Shown here piece after piece: positions 19,101-27,755 of a stretch of 61,838 nt of DNA. Below the pieces are notes generated by a model. It made no database searches. It had not been told where the DNA came from and was given only the letters and a program-made list of their open reading frames with translations. This stretch comes from Deltaproteobacteria bacterium (GTDB taxonomy: Bacteria; Myxococcota_A; Polyangia; Polyangiales; JAFGIB01): contig JAFGIB010000113.1 in the NCBI GenBank assembly GCA_016929805.1, positions 1 to 61,838 of the forward strand. Direction: 5' to 3'. A program made the position numbers and the translations under genes. The first letter of the stretch is position 1. Each line of letters begins with the position of its first letter.

Positions 19101-19206
19101 TTCCGAGCCGCGCAAAACAGAGGCCGCTCAGCCTCCACGCGCCATAATAGCTCGGTAAACAAACCTCTGTCCCCCCTACCGCTTGACGCGCTTCGTAGTT
19201 ACTCAT
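16186..19206 (-). CDS. large secreted/surface cysteine-rich repeat protein (cbEGF domains + myxo-type disulfide repeats + unassigned C-terminal domain)
   Basis: ATG at 19206 is preceded by AGGTGG; the track start is 19251. Hydrophobic signal with ..VVGGGCAG. cbEGF signatures [29 protein letters not shown] and [10 protein letters not shown]. About 8-9 repeats of the [13 protein letters not shown] type. The last roughly 330 aa have no recognisable motif. Confidence 0.8.
   Translation of the reverse strand: [1006 protein letters not shown]
17548..18570 (-). repeat. in-frame tandem cysteine-rich repeat array (C-x-DD(G/D/E)N(P/A)CT-x-D-x-C modules)
   Basis: Protein residues about 228-568 of the 16186..19206 CDS. 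Repeated units include [107 protein letters not shown] and [22 protein letters not shown]. Confidence 0.85.
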
Positions 19207-19255
19207 AGACACCACCTGTAGCTTTGACGATTGATAAAAAAAGCATAGCAAAATA

Positions 19256-19293
19256 GCCCCGCGCTACAAATGGATATTCGATCCGCGCGGGGC
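19256..19293. promoter_or_regulatory. inverted repeat GCCCCGCGC-N20-GCGCGGGGC in a divergent promoter region
   Basis: Perfect 9-bp arms at 19256-19264 and 19285-19293. The repeat lies between the start of the Cys-rich protein gene (minus strand) and panE (plus strand). Confidence 0.35.
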
Positions 19294-19398
19294 GGCTCCT
19301 CAAGGGGTTGTTTTGCCAATCGCCCACCGTGGATCAAAGTGGTATTTTACCGAAAATTGGTAGGTCTTTTTTATGGAGCGCAGCCGAGAGAGTTTTAG

Positions 19399-20343
19399 AT
19401 GTCAGTTGAAAAATGCGAATTTAAGCCGAACGTTCTCGTCGTAGGAGCCGGGGCGGTCGGTAGCCTTTACGGCGGAAAGCTCGCGCAAGTCGGTTCTCGG
19501 GTCTCGGTTCTCTGCCGGTCGGACTACGAGGCGGTAAAAGCCGGAGGCATCGCCATCATCAGCCATTGGGGCGATTTTCATTTTTCTCCTGATAGAGTTG
19601 TACGCGATCTCGGCGAATGGGCCGAGCCGCCGGACTATATTTTGGTTACGCTCAAGGTCCTTCCCGAGATAGACGTGGCGGATATCATCGCCAACGCGGT
19701 CGGCCCCGAGACCGCGATTGTCTTATTGCAGAACGGGGTTGAAATCGAGCCCGCGGTTGCCCGCGCTTATCCCGATAATGAGATCATCAGCGGCCTCGCG
19801 TTTGTCTGCGTGACTCGAATCGCCCCGGGTCGCGTCGAGCATTCGGACTATGGCCGTCTGGTTTTGGGGCGCTTTCCGTCGGGGCGATCCGCAAAGGCCG
19901 AGAGGCTCAGAACGCTTTTTGAAAAAGCGGGCGTTCCCTGCGAAGTGACCGAGGACGTGGTGGCCGCGCGCTGGCGCAAGCTATTGTGGAACGCGCCCTT
20001 TAATTCGTTATCGGTGCTCGGCGGTAATGCCGATACCCAGAAGATCATGCAGGTTGAGGAGGCGGTTCACTTGGCTCGCGTGATCATGCACGAGGTCCGC
20101 CTGATCGCCGAGGCCGACGGCCATCCCTTTGAGCCGAATGCCATCGAAAGAAACTTGGCGGAAACTCGGGTGATGAAGCCCTACCGAACGAGCATGCTGG
20201 TAGATTTCGTTTCGCGGCGGCCGATGGAAATCGAAGCGATTCTCGGCAACGCGATTCGGGCGGCCGAGCGTTACGCCATCGATACGCCGTACCTTAAGAC
20301 CGTCTACGCGCTGCTAAAGCTGATCGAGTCAGAAAATCGATAG
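19399..20343 (+). CDS. panE: 2-dehydropantoate 2-reductase (ketopantoate reductase, PanE/ApbA family)
   Basis: N-terminal Rossmann motif VLVVGAGAVGSLYGGKLA, and ApbA_C features (LLWNAPFNSLS, SMLVD...R..EIEAILG). Confidence 0.85.
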   Translation: MSVEKCEFKPNVLVVGAGAVGSLYGGKLAQVGSRVSVLCRSDYEAVKAGGIAIISHWGDFHFSPDRVVRDLGEWAEPPDYILVTLKVLPEIDVADIIANAVGPETAIVLLQNGVEIEPAVARAYPDNEIISGLAFVCVTRIAPGRVEHSDYGRLVLGRFPSGRSAKAERLRTLFEKAGVPCEVTEDVVAARWRKLLWNAPFNSLSVLGGNADTQKIMQVEEAVHLARVIMHEVRLIAEADGHPFEPNAIERNLAETRVMKPYRTSMLVDFVSRRPMEIEAILGNAIRAAERYAIDTPYLKTVYALLKLIESENR

Positions 20344-20432
20344 CGATAATCGGCTCTACGAAAAGGCCTCAAACCTATAACCTATTGAATTCAAAGGCAA
20401 TTTGATGAGGGGTTCGCTTGCGCAAGGGGCCA

Positions 20433-20460
20433 TCGACATATCCATACCCTATGCTACAAT
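20433..20460 (+). promoter_or_regulatory. candidate sigma-70-type promoter with extended -10 (TCGACA-N16-TGcTACAAT)
   Basis: TCGACA at 20433-20438 and TG-n-TACAAT at 20452-20460. It lies about 200 nt upstream of the 20666 CDS in an ORF-poor, lower-GC spacer. Confidence 0.3.
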
Positions 20461-20665
20461 CGTTATCAGTACGATGACACGTCATTCGATAAGTCGTAGC
20501 CGTGAAAACGTGTTGTAGGTGGGTGATTTCTAAGCGTTTTGTACCGGTGCGCCGGCTCGCGACGCGATGCCCGCGCTCTCGTAGTCGTTTTAATAGATAT
20601 CGATCGATTTCGCGTTGACGCAAGGCTCTGTCCTACCGAGATGTGTCGTTGCGGAGGTAGTCGCG

Positions 20666-22339
20666 ATGAAGGAGAATAGAAAACGCAAGTCTACGGTGCC
20701 CACGGGCGTTTTTTACGCGACGGGCGATGAGGGCGTCAAAGAACAGGTGGAGCAAAGCGGCCGCGGAGAGGCCGGTCCAAGCGCGCGTATGCAGCGTTCT
20801 GAAAACAGGCGGCCGGTGCTCGATATCAGCCTTGACCGAAACGAATGCGGGCCGGATACCCCGGGTTTCTCTACAGAAGAGAGCGGCGAGAGCGGTTTTA
20901 CTCCCCCACGCGCGATCGAGGCTGACGGGGCAGCTCGTGAGGCCGAGCCGTCGACCGGTGCCGACGCGCTCGAAGACCCCGTCATCGCAGAGCAATCGAC
21001 GCGCCTTGTTGGCCAAACGCCCCGCTATGACGACGATGACCCGATAGAAATCGTAGCGGAAAGAATCGATGGGTTCGCGGTTCAGCAACCCGAAGCCGTA
21101 TCGAGAGCGCGAGCGAGCCGGCCCGACTCCGATAGGTTTGATATGCGCCAGGGAAACCGTTTTTTCGCGACTGCGGCGCCTAATCTCCGCGACGCGATGA
21201 AGGTTTTGCTCGCCCATCGGAAACAACCCGAGGGAAGAAAAACCGGTCGAACAGCGGCCGAAAGGGAAACGGCGAGACAGGAGCCGCTTTTACAGACCGC
21301 GACTATTCATAGCTCAAATAAGACGGTGGCTGATTCGTCCGTAGGATCGCGCACGCCCGCGGGCGGCTTAGAGAGGCAAGAAGCGCCGGATCGGAGAGAG
21401 CTGCCGGTGTTACGCGACGACACGGCCGCCGTCGTACCGAACGCGCGATACCCGCGTGAAGGCTTGTGGGAAGGCGAGAAACGCCACGGCTACGAGCACA
21501 CGAGCGATCACGATGCGACGGATCGCGCGCGCGAGCTTGACCCGCTGATGAACGCGCCCGCGCTGCTCGTCGTCGAGCCGTCCGAGATCGAGAGGATCGA
21601 CAGTCTCTCGCCGGGAGAAATAGGCCCAGAACGAAAACCCGCGTTTCCCCTGGTCACGGGAAGCGTCGCCGGCGCGGCAACGGCGATCGTTCTGCTGGCG
21701 GCGGCGACCTGGGCCGGATTGGAAAGCCGGCGAAGCCGAGATCAAGCCATCGAAGTAGACGCCATCAAAGCGAGCGCAAGCGCTACGGTCCGCGGCGAGC
21801 TTTTGTCGAGCGCGACAGCGCCGGCGATGCGAGAGCAGAGCAGCCGTGAGCAGCCGCTCCCGTCAACGCTCGAGACGCAAGCGCGCGAGCAAAAAGCCGT
21901 TATGTCGCGGAACGCTTCACAGCCCGCGCGAAAGCGGCGGTTTCATCTTTCCGCGCGCTCGGCGTATAGCGTTAAACCCGAAGAGAGAGCCGTTCGAGCG
22001 CAGGAAAGCGAACAGGAGCCGTACACGAGCGAGCCGAGCCCGAGCGGCCGAGCTCAAGCCGAGAGCATGGCGGATCTGCCGCAAGCCCCGAGCCGGGAGG
22101 CTGTTCATAAGACGCTCTCGTCTTTACACCCCGAGTTGCAACGCTGCGTGGAAGATCGCCCCGGTTTGGTCGAGGTTGATATTACCATAAAGAGTTCCGG
22201 CCGGGTTTCGCACGTCGTGGTCGGAGGCGATTTTAGGGGCACGAGGCAGGGCTCGTGTATCGCGCGAACGGTCCGCCGAGCTCGTTTTGAACCCTTTATA
22301 CAGCCGAATTTCAGAGTGCTGTTTCCCTACTCATTATAA
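20666..22339 (+). CDS. single-pass membrane protein with a long disordered cytoplasmic region and an AgmX/PglI-type C-terminal domain
   Basis: ATG at 20666 is preceded by GGAGG; the track start is TTG at 20615. About 330 aa are low-complexity and charged, followed by a TM helix ([23 protein letters not shown]). The C-terminal roughly 90 aa ([56 protein letters not shown]) resemble the TonB-C-like, two-cysteine AgmX/PglI tail of Myxococcota. Confidence 0.65.
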   Translation: MKENRKRKSTVPTGVFYATGDEGVKEQVEQSGRGEAGPSARMQRSENRRPVLDISLDRNECGPDTPGFSTEESGESGFTPPRAIEADGAAREAEPSTGADALEDPVIAEQSTRLVGQTPRYDDDDPIEIVAERIDGFAVQQPEAVSRARASRPDSDRFDMRQGNRFFATAAPNLRDAMKVLLAHRKQPEGRKTGRTAAERETARQEPLLQTATIHSSNKTVADSSVGSRTPAGGLERQEAPDRRELPVLRDDTAAVVPNARYPREGLWEGEKRHGYEHTSDHDATDRARELDPLMNAPALLVVEPSEIERIDSLSPGEIGPERKPAFPLVTGSVAGAATAIVLLAAATWAGLESRRSRDQAIEVDAIKASASATVRGELLSSATAPAMREQSSREQPLPSTLETQAREQKAVMSRNASQPARKRRFHLSARSAYSVKPEERAVRAQESEQEPYTSEPSPSGRAQAESMADLPQAPSREAVHKTLSSLHPELQRCVEDRPGLVEVDITIKSSGRVSHVVVGGDFRGTRQGSCIARTVRRARFEPFIQPNFRVLFPYSL

Positions 22340-23662
22340 AGCGAGATTCGGATCGCGATTATTCAACCAATTTTGTAGATCGCTCAAAGCCCGCCGAGCC
22401 AGCGCTTCTCGACGATTGCGCTTGCCTAAAACCTTTTCCGCCAGCGACGGGAACATGCTCCAAGTTATGTTCGACGGTTGAAAATCATCGCTCGGCTTTC
22501 TCAAATAGGCGAGCAGCGCTCCCAGCGCCGTGGTGGCAGGCGGCGGCCGAGGGGTCAAGCCTTTGAGCTTTTCCGCGAGTAGAATTCCCAAACACAGACC
22601 CGAGGCCGCGCTCTCGACATAACCCTCGACGCCGGTGATCTGTCCCGCCAGAAAAAGATCCCCCCGGGTTTTAAAAGCAAGCGTTTCGTCCAGCAGCTTC
22701 GGCGCATCGATAAAGGTATTTCGATGCACGCTGCCGAAGCGCTCGAATTCCGCTTTTTCCAACCCCGGGATCAAAGCAAAGACCCGCTTTTGATCCGCGT
22801 GTCGCATACGGGTTTGAAACCCCACCATATTCCAAGCTGTCGCGGCTTGATTTTCCTGTCTGAGCTGAACCACGGCATAGGGCCTTTTCCCGCTGCGCGG
22901 ATCGATTAGACCGACGGGCTTCATGGGACCGAATGCTAGGGTGCGTAACCCGCGTTCGGCCAAGACTTCGATCGGCAGGCATCCCTCGAAATAGCGTTCG
23001 TCTTCGAACGGCCGCCGGTCGACTCGGTCTGCCTCTTGAAGCGCGTTTACAAAAGCGAGGTACTGCGCTTCATTCAAGCAACAGTTCAAATAGTCGTCTC
23101 CGCCCTTGCCGTAGCGCGATGCCTTGAAAACGCTCTTTTTGTCGATCGATGCGTCCGAAACGATCGGAGAGATCGCGTCGTAGTAGGCAAGCTGTTCGCG
23201 TCCAATAAGCCGAGCCAAATCCTCGGCCAACTCGCCACCGGTTAAAGGACCGGTGGCCAAGACCAAGGGGCGCGAATCCGGGATTCGCGTGACGCGATCG
23301 GAGATGACATCGATTTTTGAATGCGCGCCGATCACGCGCGTAACCTCGGCGGCAAAAGCCTCGCGGTCAACCGCCAGCGAGCCTCCCGCCGGTACGGCCG
23401 ACGCGTCGGCGGCGGCTATGATCAGCGATCGGCAGCGGCGCATCTCCTCCTTGAGCAAACCGACCGCGTTGCTCAACGCTCGACTTCGAAATGAGTTCGA
23501 ACACACGAGCTCGGCCATTTGCGGGCCGTCCGGTTGCTGCGCCGGGCCGCGCGCCAGCGGTTTCTGCTCGATCAGCCTGATAAAAATACCGCGTTGCGCC
23601 AACTGAAAAGCGCATTCCGTACCGGCCAACCCCGCGCCGATGATCGTTACTTGTATTGGCAT
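22334..23662 (-). CDS. trmFO: methylenetetrahydrofolate--tRNA-(uracil-5-)-methyltransferase TrmFO
   Basis: [25 protein letters not shown] (FAD dinucleotide fold) followed by TrmFO/Gid blocks ([39 protein letters not shown]). I start at ATG 23662; the track start at 23722 would add 20 Arg/Gly-rich residues. Confidence 0.9.
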   Translation of the reverse strand: MPIQVTIIGAGLAGTECAFQLAQRGIFIRLIEQKPLARGPAQQPDGPQMAELVCSNSFRSRALSNAVGLLKEEMRRCRSLIIAAADASAVPAGGSLAVDREAFAAEVTRVIGAHSKIDVISDRVTRIPDSRPLVLATGPLTGGELAEDLARLIGREQLAYYDAISPIVSDASIDKKSVFKASRYGKGGDDYLNCCLNEAQYLAFVNALQEADRVDRRPFEDERYFEGCLPIEVLAERGLRTLAFGPMKPVGLIDPRSGKRPYAVVQLRQENQAATAWNMVGFQTRMRHADQKRVFALIPGLEKAEFERFGSVHRNTFIDAPKLLDETLAFKTRGDLFLAGQITGVEGYVESAASGLCLGILLAEKLKGLTPRPPPATTALGALLAYLRKPSDDFQPSNITWSMFPSLAEKVLGKRNRREALARRALSDLQNWLNNRDPNLAL

Positions 23663-23740
23663 CGCATCCGAACCACTTCGCCTATCGCGTCCGGCCGGCG
23701 CGCCGCGCCCGTCTCCATTCATCGGCCGCGCGCTCGGCCG

Positions 23741-26314
23741 TTATCGCGTCGTCTCTGTGCCCGTGGCTGACAACCTTCCGTCGCTCTCTAGGCGCTCTTG
23801 CTTCTTTTCACTCGTCTCCAGCTCGCGCTCGTATCCGCAGCCTTCCGTTATGCAGCGTAAGGTCGTACGGTTTGCCGTGGTGTTTCTGACCAAAAACTGT
23901 GCCTGACACCGCGGGCAGACTTCGGGAACCGGACGCTGCCAAATACGGAAATCACACTTTAGCTTACCGGCAAAGTTGCTACAGCCGTAAAAGGGGCGCT
24001 TGCGCCCGCGAGCCCGGATTTCGATGATCTCGCCGCCGCACTTCGGGCAACTCACGCCGAGCGGGATACTACGCGTATGCTTGCATTTGGGAAAGGTCGA
24101 ACAGCCCAAAAACCAACCGTTTCGACCCCAGCGCTTGAGCATCGGCGCGCCGCATCGCTCGCAGATATAGTCGGTCGGAATCGCCTGCTTATCCGGATCT
24201 TTTTCCTCGGTTGCATCATCGATGTTGCGCGTGAACGTGCAGTCCGGATACCCCTCGCAACCGATGAACAACCCGTTTCGGCCCCAACGCTTGACTAATT
24301 GCTTTCCGCACTCGGGGCAGGCCTCGCCGATGGGCTCGGGATCGGGCCACCATTTGCGTTTTTCGTTCAGGCTGAGCTCGATCCGTTCCTGAAGCTTTTT
24401 ATGGAAAGGGGCTAACACATCGATGCGTTTTCCCCGAGCCTCGGCGATGGCGTCGAGATCCTCTTCGAGCTTGCGGGTGAAGTCGATGTCGGCCAGGTCG
24501 AAGCGGTTCTCGACCAACCTGCGAACCACCAACCGGCCGAGCTCGGTGGGAACCAGTTTATTCTTAACCTTATGAACGTAGTCGCGTGCCTGTACTTTGC
24601 TCAATATCTCGGCGTAGGTGCTCGGTCTTCCGATGCCCTCTTCCTCCAGCTTTTTGACCAAGGAAGCCTCGGTAAAATAGGACGGCGGCTCGGTCTGTTT
24701 CGCGACCACCACGACTCCGGGATCCTGAAGCGCTAAACGCTCGTTCGGGCTTAGCTCGGGCAAAGCGCGATCGCTTTCTTGAGGCTGTTCACCTTCCTCG
24801 CCGGCGAGTGGCTCGGAATCGCCCGTATCGTATGCCAGCTTCCAGCCGGGTACTTTGAGTATGCTACCGCTGGCGCGCAGGCCGTAGACGCGGTTACCCG
24901 CCTTGGCCTGAATCTCGACGCCGGTTTGGTCGTAAAGCGCGGGGATCATCTGGCAAGCCACGAATCGATCCCATATCAACTTATACAGTTTATAGCGCTC
25001 ATCGGAGAGATACGGTCTCACGGTTTCCGGCGGTAAATCCATGCGCGTCGGTCGAATCGCCTCGTGGGCGTCTTGCACGCCTTTTTTCTTGATCTTGAAA
25101 GTGTTGGGGGTTTTCGGAAGCGACGCCTGTGAGAAACGTCGCGCGATGTAATCGCGGCATTCCGCGATCGACTCATCGGACAAGCGAACGCTGTCGGTAC
25201 GCATATAGGTGATCAAACCAACTGTTTCTACGCTTTTGCCTTTACCGAGCGAAATACCCTCGTAAAGGGCTTGAGCGATGCGCATGGTGCGCTGCGGTTG
25301 CATTCCAAGCCGATTGGCCGCGTCTTGTTGAAGCTTCGAGGTGATGTACGGCGCCGGCGGGCGGCTGGAGCGCTCGCGCTTGGTAACCTCAACAACGCGG
25401 TAGCCGGCTCTTTTGAGATCCTCTTCGAAACGCTTGGCATCGATCTCGCTGGTCGCGGCCGGTTTAGAGGCGACTTTTTCCAGTTTCTCTCCGTTGACCG
25501 ATTCGAGTTGCGCGCTAAAGGCCGCTTTCGTCGAGCTCGCCAATAGGGTCTCGATCAGCCAATAGGGGCGGGGGAGGAAACTATCGATTGCCGTTTGCCG
25601 ATCGACCAAGATTCGCAACGCCGGAGTCTGTACGCGACCCGCGGAAAGTCCGAATACGAGCTTACGCCAAAGCAGGTTCGATAGAGGGTAGCCTCCGATA
25701 CGGTCCAGAACCCGCCTGGTTCGCTGCGCTTCATAGAGATTCGCGTCTAGATCGCACGGATGGTCGATGCCGTTGAGCACACCCTTATGTGTTATTTCGT
25801 TCAACAAGACGCGGCGTATCTCCATCTGATGACCGGCCGCTTCTATCTCCTCTTTTATATGCCAGGCTATCGCTTCGCCCTCTCGATCAGGATCGGTCGC
25901 GAGTAGAACTCGTGTCACCCCCGCGGCTTGTTGCTTGATTTGGCGAATGACCTCCTCTTTGCCTTTGTCCGCGATGATCTCGTAGCTCTCCTTAAAACCG
26001 TTTTCGAGATCGACTCCGCCCCGTTTAGGCAAATCCTTTACGTGTCCCTTCGAGGCCAGAACGATATAGTCGTCTGATAGGTATTTTTGAACTGTTTTTG
26101 CCTTTGCCGGCGATTCGACGACGACCAACGTCTTCGCGCTAGGAACGCTCTTCTCCACCTTTCGCGCCGGCGCCCGCTTTGACCCCGTTTCCCCCGCGGG
26201 CTTTTCCTCGCTTTTCGCTTGTTTCGACCTTCGTTCGGGCTTTGATTGCGCGCTGTTCCTTTTAGTTTTCGTCGCTCGATTCGATTTCTTTACTGTTACC
26301 ATCTGTACTCTCAA
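23741..26314 (-). CDS. topA: DNA topoisomerase I with four C-terminal Cys4 zinc ribbons and a Lys/Arg-rich N-terminal extension
   Basis: TOPRIM start LVVVESPAKAKTVQKYL. Active-site region GLITYMRTDS (the catalytic Tyr is the Y in this block). Four CxxC...CxxC ribbons (CPECG.., CERCG.., CPKCG.., CPRCQ..). About 60 basic residues precede TOPRIM. Confidence 0.95.
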   Translation of the reverse strand: MRVQMVTVKKSNRATKTKRNSAQSKPERRSKQAKSEEKPAGETGSKRAPARKVEKSVPSAKTLVVVESPAKAKTVQKYLSDDYIVLASKGHVKDLPKRGGVDLENGFKESYEIIADKGKEEVIRQIKQQAAGVTRVLLATDPDREGEAIAWHIKEEIEAAGHQMEIRRVLLNEITHKGVLNGIDHPCDLDANLYEAQRTRRVLDRIGGYPLSNLLWRKLVFGLSAGRVQTPALRILVDRQTAIDSFLPRPYWLIETLLASSTKAAFSAQLESVNGEKLEKVASKPAATSEIDAKRFEEDLKRAGYRVVEVTKRERSSRPPAPYITSKLQQDAANRLGMQPQRTMRIAQALYEGISLGKGKSVETVGLITYMRTDSVRLSDESIAECRDYIARRFSQASLPKTPNTFKIKKKGVQDAHEAIRPTRMDLPPETVRPYLSDERYKLYKLIWDRFVACQMIPALYDQTGVEIQAKAGNRVYGLRASGSILKVPGWKLAYDTGDSEPLAGEEGEQPQESDRALPELSPNERLALQDPGVVVVAKQTEPPSYFTEASLVKKLEEEGIGRPSTYAEILSKVQARDYVHKVKNKLVPTELGRLVVRRLVENRFDLADIDFTRKLEEDLDAIAEARGKRIDVLAPFHKKLQERIELSLNEKRKWWPDPEPIGEACPECGKQLVKRWGRNGLFIGCEGYPDCTFTRNIDDATEEKDPDKQAIPTDYICERCGAPMLKRWGRNGWFLGCSTFPKCKHTRSIPLGVSCPKCGGEIIEIRARGRKRPFYGCSNFAGKLKCDFRIWQRPVPEVCPRCQAQFLVRNTTANRTTLRCITEGCGYERELETSEKKQERLESDGRLSATGTETTR

Positions 26315-27221
26315 GATCTCCTTTTACATATTTTCCGGAGCGCTGTCGCTTGACGATTCCACGAAGCATTAGCGCTAAAAGAACTCGTTGAACAACAGAA
26401 ATCGGAAGCCCGGACCTTCGAGACACCTCGTCTGGATGACTCGGTATGCAACCGAGCGTTCTTATGACTCTCTTTTCATCTTTGTCTAACGCGCTGAATT
26501 CACAAGTGTTTTTTTTAAAGTCCCGCGAGGTTACCGCGTGCGGTTCGCGATTCGGAAAGCATACCGATAGGACATCTCGGGCCGAAGTGCAAATAGTCGC
26601 GCCCTCTCTGATCAACTCCAAGCATCCGGCTCCCCGCGGCTCCCAGGGCGCTGACGGCACCGCGAGCAGTGGTCGTCCCAGGCGCTTCGCCCATCCCGCC
26701 GTTGACAGGGCTCCTGAGCGACACGGCGCTTGCGCCACCACGACCACTTGAGCCATCGCGGCGATCAAGCGGTTTCGTTTGAGAAACAACCCGGGTTTTA
26801 CCACCCCGCTGTCCGCGGCCTCGGTGACTAGGGCGCCCTGCTCGGCGATTCGACTAAAAAGAGCGCCGTGCCGCGGCGGATAGGCCTGTTTTAACCCGGT
26901 GGCTAGCACCGCGATCGTTCGGCCCGATGCCTCGAGCGCGCCCGCGTGGGCCGCGGCATCGATTCCGTAGGCCCCTCCTGAAATGACCACGCAGTTTGCG
27001 GCGCATAGCTCGGCGGCCAACCGGTGGGTGAATTGTTCCGCCTCTTCGTCCGCCGATCGCGTCCCCACGACCGCGACCGCCCGATCTAGAACCGGCAACC
27101 GCCCCGCGATTCTCAGCCATAGCGGCGGATCGCAGAGATCGGCCAACGCTTTAGGCCAGCAGGAATCATTCGGCGTTATGGTTGTCGGCTGCTGAATCAG
27201 CTCAATCGCTTTTGTCCGCAT
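26262..27221 (-). CDS. dprA: DNA-processing protein DprA (Smf)
   Basis: Rossmann-like DprA core (AVVGTRSADEEAEQFTHRLAAELCAANCVVISGGAYGIDAAAHAGAL ... RNRLIAAMAQVVVVAQA) plus a C-terminal winged-helix-like tail. The 3' end overlaps the annotated topA start by 53 nt. Confidence 0.9.
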   Translation of the reverse strand: MRTKAIELIQQPTTITPNDSCWPKALADLCDPPLWLRIAGRLPVLDRAVAVVGTRSADEEAEQFTHRLAAELCAANCVVISGGAYGIDAAAHAGALEASGRTIAVLATGLKQAYPPRHGALFSRIAEQGALVTEAADSGVVKPGLFLKRNRLIAAMAQVVVVAQAPCRSGALSTAGWAKRLGRPLLAVPSAPWEPRGAGCLELIREGATICTSARDVLSVCFPNREPHAVTSRDFKKNTCEFSALDKDEKRVIRTLGCIPSHPDEVSRRSGLPISVVQRVLLALMLRGIVKRQRSGKYVKGDLESTDGNSKEIESSDEN

Positions 27222-27755
27222 ACCCCTTTATCGGACGCCGGCGCCGAGCGTTTCAAAAAGCGCCTCATTTTCCCAAACCGGCTCTCTTTTTGGGGTAGAT
27301 CGACCTGTGCAGAACGCGTTACTAAGAGCCTATCCCAGTAGGCCTTGTCGCCAGCGGCCGATCTCTCCTCGCTTTCGGGCGCCTCGGCGCCTGTCGTGCT
27401 CGGTTTAGCGCCGCTAGGCCTCCACGCTACTCCTATCGTCTCGATTGATAAAAGAGACCTCGTCTACCTCCTCTAAGTGAGGTGCTAGGCGTACCTTTGA
27501 TGACATTTATGACTCTCGTATTTGTGAAATAGATCACATCGATATGGCATCACGCCCGCGCTTGCCTCGGATTCAAATGCGTTTTCTTCGCGAAACGCGG
27601 AGAAGCAACGGGATAGACCTTTTCAGCCTGGTGACCTAATCGTTATAAAAGTGCAATTTCTTCGCATATAACGCTTCGCCGTTAATAGGCCTTTTAATTA
27701 TCGCAGCGGAGATCGCGATTGACTTTGGTTTTTCCAACGCATATCCTTTGATACC

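Noticed and set aside
20375-20623. 82-aa minus-strand ORF in the panE / AgmX-tail-gene spacer.
   Set aside because: It has no Shine-Dalgarno and an Arg/His/Thr-rich composition. It lies in a lower-GC, promoter-like spacer and has no recognisable motif. It is treated as non-coding, although it is not excluded.
27291-27500. I tested whether the structured region upstream of dprA is tmRNA, SRP RNA, RNase P RNA or a tRNA.
   Set aside because: It has no GGGG...UCCACCA tmRNA ends or tag ORF, no GGAAG/AGCA SRP domain IV core, no GGAAAGUCCGG motif and no T-loop GGTTCGAATCC. It is kept only as a low-interest unclassified hairpin.
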